From assembly GCA_048885525.1 (NCBI GenBank), contig JBHLLP010000029.1, positions 1 through 43,028 on the forward strand: a stretch of DNA of 43,028 nt, in the 5' to 3' direction. The position numbers and the translations under genes are program-made. Numbering within the stretch: the stretch's first letter is position 1; every line of letters begins with the position of its first letter. This DNA comes from Candidatus Hermodarchaeota archaeon (GTDB taxonomy: Archaea; Asgardarchaeota; Lokiarchaeia; Sigyniarchaeales; SOKP01). This document shows, one piece after another, positions 1 through 10,024 of the stretch. The notes under the pieces are model-generated. The model saw only the letters and a program-made list of their open reading frames with translations, was not told where the DNA came from and made no database searches.

Positions 1-120
1 AAAATATCTTGGTGGTAAGTAAATATTAATATCTCTATCCACAGGACTGTTCAATGGATTGTTTTCCAATGATTTCGCATGAAAATTATCAATTCTATAT
101 CTTTCATTCGGGCTAAACAT
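1..120 (-). CDS. N-terminal part of a putative esterase (Fes/enterochelin-esterase-like alpha/beta hydrolase), runs off the window edge
   Basis: Not in the ORF track. Minus-strand frame from ATG at 120 reads MFSPNERYRIDNFHAKSLENNPLNSPVDRDINIYLPPRYF..., resembling the 'L..NPL..P..R...YLPP.Y' N-terminus of putative esterases. Open to position 1. Confidence 0.7.
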   Translation of the reverse strand, partial: MFSPNERYRIDNFHAKSLENNPLNSPVDRDINIYLPPRYF

Positions 121-336
121 ATCATTTCACGTTATTATGGACTATAAGTTATAATTTTTTTAAGTGATAAATTAAAGAAAAGGTTTTCCCAATCAACCTA
201 TTTGCTAATTAGAAAAAAGTAAGATTTGGTTATTAATCAGAGTTTTTCTGAAAGACTTGAAGTAGTATGAAATAATCTAAAAAAGATGAAATATTAAGAA
301 AAGTTTAAAAAATAGATAAGGTGAAATTAACCTATT

Positions 337-690
337 ATGGATGCAGAAGATATTAAAATTATTGAGAAAATTATTTCAGACAGGAAAGAAGCCCATAATT
401 TTCTAATAAACAAAAAATCAGAGGTTTATAGAACCTTCCTCAAATTAGAAGAACTTACATATTCTAATGGCGCCTTAAAGAAAATATATAAAGAATTAAT
501 AGCAGTTGGAATTTCTGTAATAATTAATTGTGAATCCTGCATGGAATGGCATATAAAGCAAGCATTTAACTCCGGAGCTAGCAAAGACCAAATTCTTGAA
601 GCAATAGAAGTAGCTATTGAAATGGGAGGAGGTCCCGCAACTGTGTCAAGTAGGTTCGCGCTAAAAGTTTTTAAATATTATCAAAAATAA
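337..690 (+). CDS. Carboxymuconolactone decarboxylase / AhpD-like protein
   Basis: 117 aa with KELIAVGISVIINCESCMEWH (CxxCxxxH) and GAS..QILEAIEVA...GGGP, typical of the CMD/AhpD family. Confidence 0.9.
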   Translation: MDAEDIKIIEKIISDRKEAHNFLINKKSEVYRTFLKLEELTYSNGALKKIYKELIAVGISVIINCESCMEWHIKQAFNSGASKDQILEAIEVAIEMGGGPATVSSRFALKVFKYYQK

Positions 691-717
691 TAATTCTTAA
701 AATTATTTCTGACTACA

Positions 718-2229
718 ATGCAAAGTCTAGAAGAATTGGGTTCTCCAACGGAGGTTTGGGATTATTTTTATAAAATTACTAAAATCCCTAGATGTTCTCA
801 AAAAGAAGATCAAATAATAAATTTTATAAAAACTGAGGCTGAGAAGTTTAGTTTCTCTACAGAAGTAGATAGAGCAAAAAATTTAGTTGTTAGAATTAGA
901 TCAGATTCAAATAGCAATGTAAAAAAGTTGAAAATTGTTTTGCAAAGCCATATGGATATGGTTTGCGAAAAAGAAGGAGATTCTCTACATGATTTTTCAA
1001 AAGACCCATTAAAATTAAAAATTATCGAGATTAATAACGAAAAATGGCTAACTGCAGATGGTACATCATTAGGGGCAGATAATGGAGTTGGTATAGCCTA
1101 TCAACTAGCCCTCATGAAAAAAATTTACAATAGTAAATTAAATTTTGGCCCTTTAGAATTTGATTTATTATTTACTGCTAGCGAAGAACTTCATCCATTT
1201 GGCGTCACTTTAATGGACAAAAATTTAATTGATGGAGATTATCTGATAAATCTTGATGGAGAAAAAGAAGACACATTTTTTATTGGTACTGCCGGGGGTA
1301 TTGTATGTAGAAGCGAGATGAAAATCAATAGGATTTCATTAGACTCGGATTTAGTTAGCTTGATTCCCCTAAAGATAAGTATTGCGGGTTTAATAGGAGG
1401 ACACTCAGGGATGGATATTAATAAAGGCCGAGCAAATGCTATCAAACTTCTTACTCAAATACTATGGAAATTAAATAAAAGCTATGAATTGTACATAAAT
1501 TCTATAGAAGGCGGAAGTGCTATGAACAGTATCCCTATTGAATCTCAAGCTAGAATTTTTGTCAATCTTCAAAATTATAATAATATTATTCATGATATAA
1601 CAGAGATTACAGGGAAAATTAAGAAAATATTTGATGATGTTGAAACGGATCTAACTATATCTGTGGATAAATTGGATAATTTTAAAGAGATTACCGTTTT
1701 CCCTGAAAATATAAAAAATTCATTGTTGGATTTATTATATATTTATCCGTCTAGGCCAATATCATTTCATCCAAAAGATAAAGATTTAGTTCTCACATCA
1801 ACAAATCTGGGTGTAATCAAATCAGCAAAAGACCTTATTGAGATGGATTTTTTCCATCGAAGTTTATCAAATTATGAGCTGGAGATTATAGATGAAAAAA
1901 TTTGTTTATTGTTCAAATATTTTAACTCTGACTGGGAAGTAATGCAACTCGATAAACTCCCTTGCTGGACTCCAGATTATAACTCTAATATTGTCAAAAC
2001 TGCAACAAAAACATATAGAGAAATATTTAATAAAGACATTCAAGCTCAAGCGGTTCATGCTGGATGCGAATGTAGTGAATTTAAACGATATTATCCAGAT
2101 ATAGAAATGATAGCTATTGGACCTACTATTAAGGATGTTCATTCTCCAAGTGAACGTTTAAAAATAAGCAGTGTAAATAATATTTGGAACTTCTTAATAG
2201 AACTAATTAAGAATTTAAGTCAAAATTAA
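718..2229 (+). CDS. pepD: Aminoacyl-histidine dipeptidase (peptidase M20C, PepD-like)
   Basis: Motifs IPRCS..E, LQSHMDMVCEK, HDFSKDP, LGADNGVG, EE, NLDGE, GGHSG.DI..GRANAIK, HAGCEC, HSPSE. Confidence 0.92.
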   Translation: MQSLEELGSPTEVWDYFYKITKIPRCSQKEDQIINFIKTEAEKFSFSTEVDRAKNLVVRIRSDSNSNVKKLKIVLQSHMDMVCEKEGDSLHDFSKDPLKLKIIEINNEKWLTADGTSLGADNGVGIAYQLALMKKIYNSKLNFGPLEFDLLFTASEELHPFGVTLMDKNLIDGDYLINLDGEKEDTFFIGTAGGIVCRSEMKINRISLDSDLVSLIPLKISIAGLIGGHSGMDINKGRANAIKLLTQILWKLNKSYELYINSIEGGSAMNSIPIESQARIFVNLQNYNNIIHDITEITGKIKKIFDDVETDLTISVDKLDNFKEITVFPENIKNSLLDLLYIYPSRPISFHPKDKDLVLTSTNLGVIKSAKDLIEMDFFHRSLSNYELEIIDEKICLLFKYFNSDWEVMQLDKLPCWTPDYNSNIVKTATKTYREIFNKDIQAQAVHAGCECSEFKRYYPDIEMIAIGPTIKDVHSPSERLKISSVNNIWNFLIELIKNLSQN

Positions 2230-2256
2230 AAAAAAACTAAATATTATTAAAAATAA

Positions 2257-2445
2257 TCACTCATAAGTTAAAAGTGGGCAATGAACTCTTCCACTTGTCT
2301 TAAATTCTTTGAGTTCCTCTTTTGTTATTGTTTTTCCTTGCATTTCACAAGTTAAGCAATTCCATGCATATTTTTTTCGATCATCACTATCAATTATAAC
2401 TCCAGTATCAAAGTTATGTTTGACTCCGCATGTGAATTTTTGCAT
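2257..2445 (-). CDS. Small Cys/His-rich hypothetical protein (possible metal binder)
   Basis: About 62 aa from ATG 2445, preceded by a GGTGA RBS (2455-2451). Contains C-x3-H, CxxC and HCP. Confidence 0.6.
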   Translation of the reverse strand: MQKFTCGVKHNFDTGVIIDSDDRKKYAWNCLTCEMQGKTITKEELKEFKTSGRVHCPLLTYE

Positions 2446-2779
2446 GTTTTTCACCAGAAAAAATCTTCAATTTGGTACTTTTTTGAATAAATTTTCAGAT
2501 AATTCTTTAATAATCTGAACTATATATCAATTTTTTTATTTTTTATTAATATTAATATCTATTTTAACTATTTAAACTTTCCCCTTATTTTCCCACTTGT
2601 ATAAATAACGCAACGACAAAAAACAAGACAAGAGAAAAAAAGGAAAAAGTGAACAAATCTCTATAAATTAAAACTTTTACTGAACAAAACTAGTATCGAA
2701 AACCATAGATTTTTAAATAGCCACTTTTTAATTTAAAGAATGTTCAATTTATTCTATACCATCAAAAAGATGATAAAAA

Positions 2780-3407
2780 ATGTCTAAATCTGAGCCCGAT
2801 ATATATCGAAAATTACAACAACATCTTGATATGTTTCCAGTTGGGTTTCCTTCAACAAAATCGGGTACAGAAATTCGTATCTTACAACAACTCTTCACTC
2901 CTGAAGAAGCAAAAATAGCCTTAAATTTGAAGTTTGCTCATTCATTCGAAGATTTTGAACTCTTAGATAATATTTATGAACGGCTAAATTCAGAGGGCCT
3001 TACATATTCAAAAGAGGAATTAGAGAATCATCTTGATAATCTAGCTAAAAAGGGGGCAATAAAGTCGTTGAAACAAGGTGATCAAAAAACTTATAGTGCT
3101 GCGGTATTCATAATTGGGATGTTTGAGTATCAGGTGAATAAATTAACAAAAGAGTTTGCAGAAGATGCTAAACAGTATATGGAAGATGTTCTTACATTAG
3201 ATATGGCTAGAACACCTCCAATTCAAATGCGTACTATTCCTGTTGGTGTAACAGTCGATCATGATATTGAGGTAGCAACTTTTGATAGTGTTAGAGAACT
3301 GCTTGAAAATGCTGAAGAACTAATTGGAATACAGAATTGTGTATGTCGACAAGCAATGGAAGTCTTAGGAAAAACCTTGTAAAGTGACTTCACGAATGGA
3401 AAAATAG
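2780..3407 (+). pseudogene. Truncated, frameshifted 4Fe-4S-dicluster-type protein (N-terminal domain only)
   Basis: The N-terminus YRKLQQHLD.FPVGFP.TKSG.EIRIL..LFTPEEA...GMFEYQ...RTIPV...CVCR matches a family that normally ends in ferredoxin motifs. The frame stops at 3382. Dropping one A from the A5 run at 3370-3374 restores GKPCKVTSRMEK, which then stops at 3407. No CxxCxxC motifs follow. Confidence 0.7.
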
Positions 3408-3475
3408 TTAATTATAAAATAATCTTCTTTTTTCTTTTTCTAGATTTTTATTAATGATTTTTTAAATTAATATTT

Positions 3476-3495
3476 ATGTAAAGTTAGCTTAACAT
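3476..3495. promoter_or_regulatory. Imperfect palindrome, candidate operator for the downstream XRE-HTH proteins
   Basis: ATGTAAAG-TTAG-CTTAACAT (7 of 8 arm positions pair), ~200 bp upstream of the 3693 operon. Related ATGT...ACAT element at 3564-3582. Confidence 0.4.
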
Positions 3496-3692
3496 TAATC
3501 CTAACATAAAAAGAACATCCATAGAATGACTTTTTGAATATTTATCGATAGATTTAAATATGAATGTTAATAAATATTACATAAGTAAATAAATTTTGAA
3601 AAAAATATGTTTCAAGGTTTAATAAATTAAAATCTAAGTACAAATAAAGTTTACATAAAATAAAAAAATAATAAAAAAATGGAGGAAAAAAA

Positions 3693-4520
3693 ATGAGTAA
3701 ACGTGAATTGACATACAAAGGAACTATTTCTCGTAAATATGCATCTAAACAGATTCTAAAAACTATAATTGGTTATATTTTGTTTTATGCATCTTGGGTA
3801 ATTTTATCAATTTGGTTGATCTACTTATTTGAAGCACCATTTCCATTTATCTGGACTCTATGGATAATATTTTATGCTGTGGTGATACCATTTATAGTTG
3901 TTCTATTACTTACAATCTGGTATTCTTATCGATATATAAGCATGTTTTCCTATGAGATATTAGAAAGCGACATCATTATCCAACATGGAGTTTTCAATAG
4001 AATCAGAGCTACTATCCCACATAGCAGAATTCAGAACATAAATATTACTAATGGAGTCTTTGATAGAATGTTTAAAATTTATACTGTTAAAGTTGAGACG
4101 GCGGGATCTGCAGCGGCAGCAGCAGGAGCTAAAGGAGGTATCGTTCGCCCAGAAGGTTATATTCCGGGGCTAATTGACCCCAATATCATCGAGGAGAAAA
4201 TAAAAGATAGGCTAACCAAATATTCTACAATTCCAAGCGGTTTAGAAGATAAAATCTTTAAACCTGAAGAAATTGCTTTCGATAATTTTATTAGCTACAT
4301 TCTCTCAAAAATGCGAGAGGGAGAATATTTAAAAACAACAATAAAAGAAAAAAGAGAAAATGTTAATATGACTGCTGCAATTTTAGCTGAAAAAGTTGGA
4401 GTTCCAATTCAAACTATCAATTATTTAGAAGAAGGTCGATATAATCCAAGTTTAGCATTAGCTTTCAAAATAGCAGAAGTTTTAAAGTGTAAGGTTGAGG
4501 ATTTGTTTAAGTTAGCATAA
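3693..4520 (+). CDS. Membrane protein: 2 TM + bacterial PH (bPH_2/YdbS-like) domain + C-terminal XRE/HTH_3 domain
   Basis: Two hydrophobic helices, then Y.I....I.IQHGVF.....TIP..RIQNI.ITNG.FDR.F....VKVETAG (bPH_2 pattern), then IKEKRE..NMT...LAEKVGV..QTINYLEEGRYNPSL.LAFKIA..L...VEDLF (XRE HTH). GGAGG RBS. Confidence 0.88.
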   Translation: MSKRELTYKGTISRKYASKQILKTIIGYILFYASWVILSIWLIYLFEAPFPFIWTLWIIFYAVVIPFIVVLLLTIWYSYRYISMFSYEILESDIIIQHGVFNRIRATIPHSRIQNINITNGVFDRMFKIYTVKVETAGSAAAAAGAKGGIVRPEGYIPGLIDPNIIEEKIKDRLTKYSTIPSGLEDKIFKPEEIAFDNFISYILSKMREGEYLKTTIKEKRENVNMTAAILAEKVGVPIQTINYLEEGRYNPSLALAFKIAEVLKCKVEDLFKLA

Positions 4521-4587
4521 AAGATCTTTTTTTTTTGAATTATTTAAAGTTAAAACTCAAGTTTAAAATAAATTTGGTGAGACGCAT

Positions 4588-5007
4588 CTGAAATTTGTAA
4601 AAAGAATTAAATCAAATGTTAGAGATTATAGAGAACAACTCGGCTTAACCCAGCAACAGTTAGCTGATAAAGTAGGTGTTTCTCGCCAGACGATTTATTA
4701 TTTAGAAAAAGGGGATTATAATCCTTCTCTAACATTATCCTTTAAACTTACAGAAATTTTTGAAAAACCGTTAGATAAAATTTTTTATCAGGAACCAATA
4801 ATTAAAGATATCTTAGAGGGTAAATCGTTAGCAGAATTAAAAGAGGTTGCTGAAGTGGCTGGTGTCAACCTCGAAAAACTAGCTTCTTTGAGTGAAATAG
4901 ATGATGAAGAGCTAACCTCACTTTTTAACGATAGTTTATTAGTTAAAATTGCAATGAGCTTAGGATTGGAGTTTGAGGATCTATTCGAGAAGGAAGCTGA
5001 AAAATAA
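4588..5007 (+). CDS. XRE-family transcriptional regulator with a second degenerate HTH; probable CTG start
   Basis: Not in the ORF track. The 139-codon frame reads (M)KFVKRIKSNVRDYREQLGLTQQQLADKVGVSRQTIYYLEKGDYNPSLTLSFKLTEIFEKPLDKIF...LKEVAEVAGVNLEKL...LLVKIAMSLGLEFEDLFE. In-frame TAA at 4564, no ATG/GTG/TTG ahead of the HTH, and GGTGAG (4576-4581) lies 6 nt before CTG 4588. Confidence 0.85.
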   Translation: MKFVKRIKSNVRDYREQLGLTQQQLADKVGVSRQTIYYLEKGDYNPSLTLSFKLTEIFEKPLDKIFYQEPIIKDILEGKSLAELKEVAEVAGVNLEKLASLSEIDDEELTSLFNDSLLVKIAMSLGLEFEDLFEKEAEK

Positions 5008-5054
5008 AAATCAAAAAAAAATAAAAATCAAAATTTTGGAAGTGATAAAAAAAA

Positions 5055-5870
5055 ATGGAAAAATTGGCAATAGCAACCCAAGATCTCACAAAAATCTTTG
5101 GTAATATTGTAGCTGTACAAGATTTAAATATTGAAATCAAATATGGTACTACTTATGGGCTATTAGGGCCGAATGGAGCAGGTAAAACTACAACTGTTAG
5201 GATGTTAAATGCTATTATTTCACCTACAAATGGTACAGCTTTAGTGGGGGGGTATAATATCCTCACCCAATCTAACGATGTGAAGATGATCTGTGGATTT
5301 CTACCAGAATCACCTGGACTATACTCAAAATTAACTGCAAAAGAGTTTTTGGAATTCATAGGTGAATTATATTATTTACCGAAGGCAACAATTTCAAGTC
5401 GTATTGATGAACTTCTTGATATCTTCGACCTTGAAGGTAGGGAGAATGACTTGCTTGAGGGATACTCTCGCGGTATGAAGCAAAAAGTGTGTTTATGTGC
5501 CGCATTAATTCAAGATCCTAAGATCATTTTTTTAGATGAACCTACATCTAATTTAGATCCTGCTGCAGCAAGAATGGTAAAGGATCTAATTTCTGATTTA
5601 GCTAAAAAAGCAGATAAAACGATTTTTATGTGTACTCATCTATTAGATGCAGCTGAAGAACTCTGTGATATTATAGGAATTATTGATAGAGGAGAATTGA
5701 AGTTACAAGGAAGTCCTAAAGAAATTATAGAATCTCAAAATGCAAAAGACTTGGAGGATGCATATCTTAAAATTATGGGTGCCACTCGCATGGAGGACTT
5801 ATTATCCTGGCGTGAAAATGGTCCGAATAATGAAAATCTAAAAAAGAAAGGAAAAAAGAAAAGGAAGTGA
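5055..5870 (+). CDS. ABC transporter ATP-binding protein (exporter type)
   Basis: Walker A GPNGAGKTT, signature YSRGMKQK, Walker B IIFLDEPT, H-loop TH. Confidence 0.95.
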   Translation: MEKLAIATQDLTKIFGNIVAVQDLNIEIKYGTTYGLLGPNGAGKTTTVRMLNAIISPTNGTALVGGYNILTQSNDVKMICGFLPESPGLYSKLTAKEFLEFIGELYYLPKATISSRIDELLDIFDLEGRENDLLEGYSRGMKQKVCLCAALIQDPKIIFLDEPTSNLDPAAARMVKDLISDLAKKADKTIFMCTHLLDAAEELCDIIGIIDRGELKLQGSPKEIIESQNAKDLEDAYLKIMGATRMEDLLSWRENGPNNENLKKKGKKKRK

Positions 5871-5876
5871 TATACC

Positions 5877-7490
5877 ATGGCTCTATGGATGAAAGTTGCT
5901 AAGAATGAAATAAGGGTTAGGACCTCTAAATTTCGCAAAAACAGGCTAGCCTTTTTCTTAGTTTTATATTCTTTCCTTATCTTCTGGGCGTTTTTTCTAT
6001 GTCCACTGATCTTTGACCAGTTTATGCCAACATTAGTCCAAATGGAAGAGATTTCCCAATATTTAGTCCCTTCCATCGCGATGATAATTGAACAGTTGAT
6101 GATGATATTTTTTATTATGGTAATGATCTATCCTCTAAATAACATATATCGTCAAACTGAGATAGGGTTTAAAGAAATCTTATTAGCATCCCCAACCACT
6201 GCAGGTGATATCTTTTTGGGAGAATTTTCGGGAAAGATACCAATACTTGTTTCATATGTATTTGCTCTTACCCCCATACTCGTAAATATGTTGAATCCAA
6301 TTTTTAACTTAACGTTTTTACATACTCTAGTAATTTACTTATGTGTATTTGGGCTTGTATTTCTTGCAACATTAATTGGTACCGTTATAATGAGTTGGAT
6401 AGAGCATAAAATTGCTCAGAGTGCGAAAGCAAGAGATATTGCTAAGGCATTATTGATGATACTTTCAATTGGAATGGTAGCACTTATCTATACATTACAG
6501 TTTGGTTTCCAGTTCATTATGGAACATCCAGAACTGAAAAATTATCTTATGTGGTATCCACCTCTATGGTTTTCTAATGTTATCCTCTATACTTTCGATG
6601 CTACATTATTAGATACCTATATCTTAAATATTTGGGTTAGTTTAGCTCTTGCTATTCTTGTACCTTTGTTAATCTTATATATTTCTTATAAGAAGGCGGA
6701 TAATTTCTATACACTTGAAGGAGGTATTGAAAAAGTTAGCTCAATTATAGAAAAAGAGAACTTATTTTACAAATTAAATAGACGGATCATTGGTACAAAA
6801 TGGGAGGGACTGATAATTACTCAGTTTAAGGAGTTTTTCCGAAAAAAGGAAAATATTACTAAACTAGTTTATTTAGGGGGGCTTACCTGCGTTTATGGTG
6901 TAATCTACACTTTCTCTATGAGGGGTGCTGAAATTACTGTTTTATGGAGTGGGTTTACAAAGTTAATTATAATATTTGTTGGTGGGATGATTTATGGGCT
7001 TATGCTAGGGAGTTTCATCTTTGTGGGAAGTAAAGATTTACTATGGGTGTATAAAAGGAGTCCAAGGAACGTGAACGGTCTGGTTTATTCATATATTTTT
7101 GCGATGTTAATTATTAATATTATCTTAGCCATAGTAGTAACAATATTCTATACAATTCTATTTGAATTTGATGTGTTTTATGCAATTGTTTTTTTCATAG
7201 CATATTTAACATTTGGTATAATGGTATTGATTGAAGCAATTGGAATACAAGGATTTAGTCCAGCATTCGAAGAGAAAGGAAAACACATGGGAATGAATAT
7301 GTTTAAACTTATGAGTATCCAAATGGGAGTATTCATGGGTTATATATTCTTAATAGTTTGGTTGGGGGATATGTACCCTAACCTCTTTGCTTGGGAATTA
7401 ACCCCTACCATGTTATTTATTTCAATACATCTTTTAATATCAATTCCTTTATTCTTTATGGGTTTTAGACACTTAAAGAAAATAGAATAG
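5877..7490 (+). CDS. ABC exporter permease (multi-pass membrane protein with two similar halves)
   Basis: 537 aa with about 12 hydrophobic segments, 6 bp after the ABC ATPase. Each half begins with an amphipathic 'KNEIR' or 'QFKEFFR' segment and has an 'L.SP' or 'KRSP' loop. Confidence 0.8.
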   Translation: MALWMKVAKNEIRVRTSKFRKNRLAFFLVLYSFLIFWAFFLCPLIFDQFMPTLVQMEEISQYLVPSIAMIIEQLMMIFFIMVMIYPLNNIYRQTEIGFKEILLASPTTAGDIFLGEFSGKIPILVSYVFALTPILVNMLNPIFNLTFLHTLVIYLCVFGLVFLATLIGTVIMSWIEHKIAQSAKARDIAKALLMILSIGMVALIYTLQFGFQFIMEHPELKNYLMWYPPLWFSNVILYTFDATLLDTYILNIWVSLALAILVPLLILYISYKKADNFYTLEGGIEKVSSIIEKENLFYKLNRRIIGTKWEGLIITQFKEFFRKKENITKLVYLGGLTCVYGVIYTFSMRGAEITVLWSGFTKLIIIFVGGMIYGLMLGSFIFVGSKDLLWVYKRSPRNVNGLVYSYIFAMLIINIILAIVVTIFYTILFEFDVFYAIVFFIAYLTFGIMVLIEAIGIQGFSPAFEEKGKHMGMNMFKLMSIQMGVFMGYIFLIVWLGDMYPNLFAWELTPTMLFISIHLLISIPLFFMGFRHLKKIE

Positions 7491-7548
7491 ATATTTTTTT
7501 CTTTTTTTAATTTTTTTAAATTTTTGAACAAATCTATTAGGAGAAATA

Positions 7549-9891
7549 TTATCTATTAATGAAAGACATTGAAAGACTCTCGTTAAGTTTATCAAGATTT
7601 CTTTTTAGTTCATTAATAATCGGATTAATTTCTTGCCCTAAATTTGGGTCAATCTTAATAGCTTTTTGAATGTATTCAATTGCATGATTATAGTCTTTTT
7701 TATCGAAATAAGCGCACCCCATAAAAAACCAAGCTTTTGCGAAATCAGGTTTTACTTCTGTGGCTTTAGTATAATTAGAAATAGCATCGTCAAATTCTTT
7801 TTTTAATTTATATGCATTCCCTAGATTATACCAACCTTCGGCAAATTCAGAATTAATTTGTACTGCTTTATTTAATTTCATAATGGCATTATCATATTCT
7901 TCTTTTGCCTCATATGCTAATCCCATAGAATTCCAAGAGTTTACATGTTTTTCATTATATCTAACAGCTTTTTGAAAATTCTCTATAGCGGCATCATATT
8001 TTTTCTTATCATGATAAGCTAAACCAATATGGTAATAAGCCTCAACATATATTTCATCAAGATCTAAAGCTCTATTGCAGTTTTTGATAGCATCATCATA
8101 ATTTTTATTATCAATCTCCAATTTTGCTCTATTTATTAATTCTTTTTTGTAAGAACTTTTAATTAAATCCTTATTTTTAACATCTGGAGATTCCATCATT
8201 TCATTGACTTTTAAAGCTTTTTCATAAAACTCAAATGCTTCATCATAGTTTTTTAAATCTGCGAGTTGATTTCCTTGTTCTATTAATAACTTTATTTCCT
8301 CAGAATGAACATCATCAATTAATTTTTTAATTTTGCTCATTTCAGTAGCTCTTCTATTTGGATCATCTATTGATTGCGCATAATTAAGACGTTTTTGGAG
8401 TTTCTCAATTTCTTTTTCTTTTAACTTTTGTTGTTCTGTTAACTCCCCCTTTCCAACTAATAATTTAACCTCAGTCTCATATATTAAACTCTTTATCATA
8501 CCAACTTCTTTTTCCATTTCCTCTGTTAAATACATTTTATTAGTCATGGTCAATGCGTCATTATATGTTTCTATAGCTTTTGTATACTCTTTTTGTTCAA
8601 CCAATTTATTTCCTTTATTTACAACTTCTGTGACCTCAGCAGAATAGACCTTATTTACTAATTTTTTAAGGTTTTCTAATTCAGGGTTTATATCTTCAGG
8701 ATATGCCATTCTTTTTGCTAAACTTAAGGCAATATATAAATCACTTACAGCTTCATCATATTTCTTTTGGACGATATATTGAATCGAATTATCTTTAATT
8801 ACACTTATTCCTGAAGCGCATGCTTTATTAATCAGATCACTAATTTCTTTAACTTTTATTTCTCTTCTCTCTGATACTACCATTTTTTGAGCAATTTCAA
8901 GGCCTTGTTGGAATAAATCAACTGCTTCATTAATTGAGTTTACTGATTCCTCAAATCTATCTTTTTTGGTTATTTCTATTCCTTTTTCTATTAATAGGGT
9001 AATCCTTCCAATATAAATAGGATTTAATACTTCAGTAATTAAGTTAAGTTCAAGATTTTTAAGATCTGAGTCATACATTTTAATTCCTAAAGACAATGCC
9101 TTCTGTAACTCAGATACTGCTTGTTCGGTTAAGTTTTGATTTAAGAAATCTTTTCCTTTCTCTATTAAGGGTTTAATTTGATTAGAATATATTTCATTAG
9201 ACAAATTTTTAATAGTAGTGATTTGTTTTTTTTTTTCGTCGGGATCAAAGAATTTTTCAATAGTTTTTAAAGCATCTTCAAAAGTTTTAATTGCATCGGT
9301 ATCTTGTCCTTTTTCTTTAAATTCTTTTCCTTTCTCAACAATTCCATCGATTTGAGAATCATAAATCTTTGTAATCTCTTTTTTAACTCTGGATAACGCT
9401 TCAGATCCAATATCAGAATCATAAGTATTTTCAGCAATGCTTAATCCCTTTTTAAACATTTCGATAGCTTCATCTAATTTATTCTGATTTTTTAGTTCAA
9501 GTCCTTTTACTAATAACTGTTCTATTTCATTTTCATTAATTAGTTTACTTATTTCATCTATTTCGGCTTTTTGAAGATCTAAGTCATCTATATTATTGCA
9601 AAATTGTAGAGCGTTTTCGAATTCCTCTTTGGCTTTCTCAAACTTTTTCTGTGCTGTTAAATGTATTGCTTGAGTAACAATACCATCAACTTGAATTGAA
9701 TAAGTTTGATTAATCGCATTTTTTATATTTTCCATTTCAATTTTTTTATCTTCTGGGTTTTTAACTTTATCTTCTATAAAACTTAATGCTTCTTGGAACT
9801 TTTGAATTGCTTTTTGGAATTTATTTTTATCTTTTAAAGCATTAGCTTCTTCAATTATTAGATTAAATTTTTTCAAAAGTGATGCTTTCAT
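7549..9891 (-). CDS. Tetratricopeptide repeat protein
   Basis: Canonical 34-aa TPRs at the C-terminus (AYYHIGLAY...YDAAIENFQKA; SWNSMGLAY; GWYNLGNAY; AWFFMGCAY) and longer TPR-like helical repeats at the N-terminus. Confidence 0.9.
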   Translation of the reverse strand: MKASLLKKFNLIIEEANALKDKNKFQKAIQKFQEALSFIEDKVKNPEDKKIEMENIKNAINQTYSIQVDGIVTQAIHLTAQKKFEKAKEEFENALQFCNNIDDLDLQKAEIDEISKLINENEIEQLLVKGLELKNQNKLDEAIEMFKKGLSIAENTYDSDIGSEALSRVKKEITKIYDSQIDGIVEKGKEFKEKGQDTDAIKTFEDALKTIEKFFDPDEKKKQITTIKNLSNEIYSNQIKPLIEKGKDFLNQNLTEQAVSELQKALSLGIKMYDSDLKNLELNLITEVLNPIYIGRITLLIEKGIEITKKDRFEESVNSINEAVDLFQQGLEIAQKMVVSERREIKVKEISDLINKACASGISVIKDNSIQYIVQKKYDEAVSDLYIALSLAKRMAYPEDINPELENLKKLVNKVYSAEVTEVVNKGNKLVEQKEYTKAIETYNDALTMTNKMYLTEEMEKEVGMIKSLIYETEVKLLVGKGELTEQQKLKEKEIEKLQKRLNYAQSIDDPNRRATEMSKIKKLIDDVHSEEIKLLIEQGNQLADLKNYDEAFEFYEKALKVNEMMESPDVKNKDLIKSSYKKELINRAKLEIDNKNYDDAIKNCNRALDLDEIYVEAYYHIGLAYHDKKKYDAAIENFQKAVRYNEKHVNSWNSMGLAYEAKEEYDNAIMKLNKAVQINSEFAEGWYNLGNAYKLKKEFDDAISNYTKATEVKPDFAKAWFFMGCAYFDKKDYNHAIEYIQKAIKIDPNLGQEINPIINELKRNLDKLNESLSMSFINR

Positions 9892-10024
9892 TTTTAAATT
9901 TCAAGTTTTTCCCTATTGATTAATCCTAAGAATTATTTTATATTTTTAATATTTTTCTTATAATCTTTTTATTTTTTAAAATGTAAGTAATAAGTATTAA
10001 ATTCTATAATTAGAAGGTTCAATT

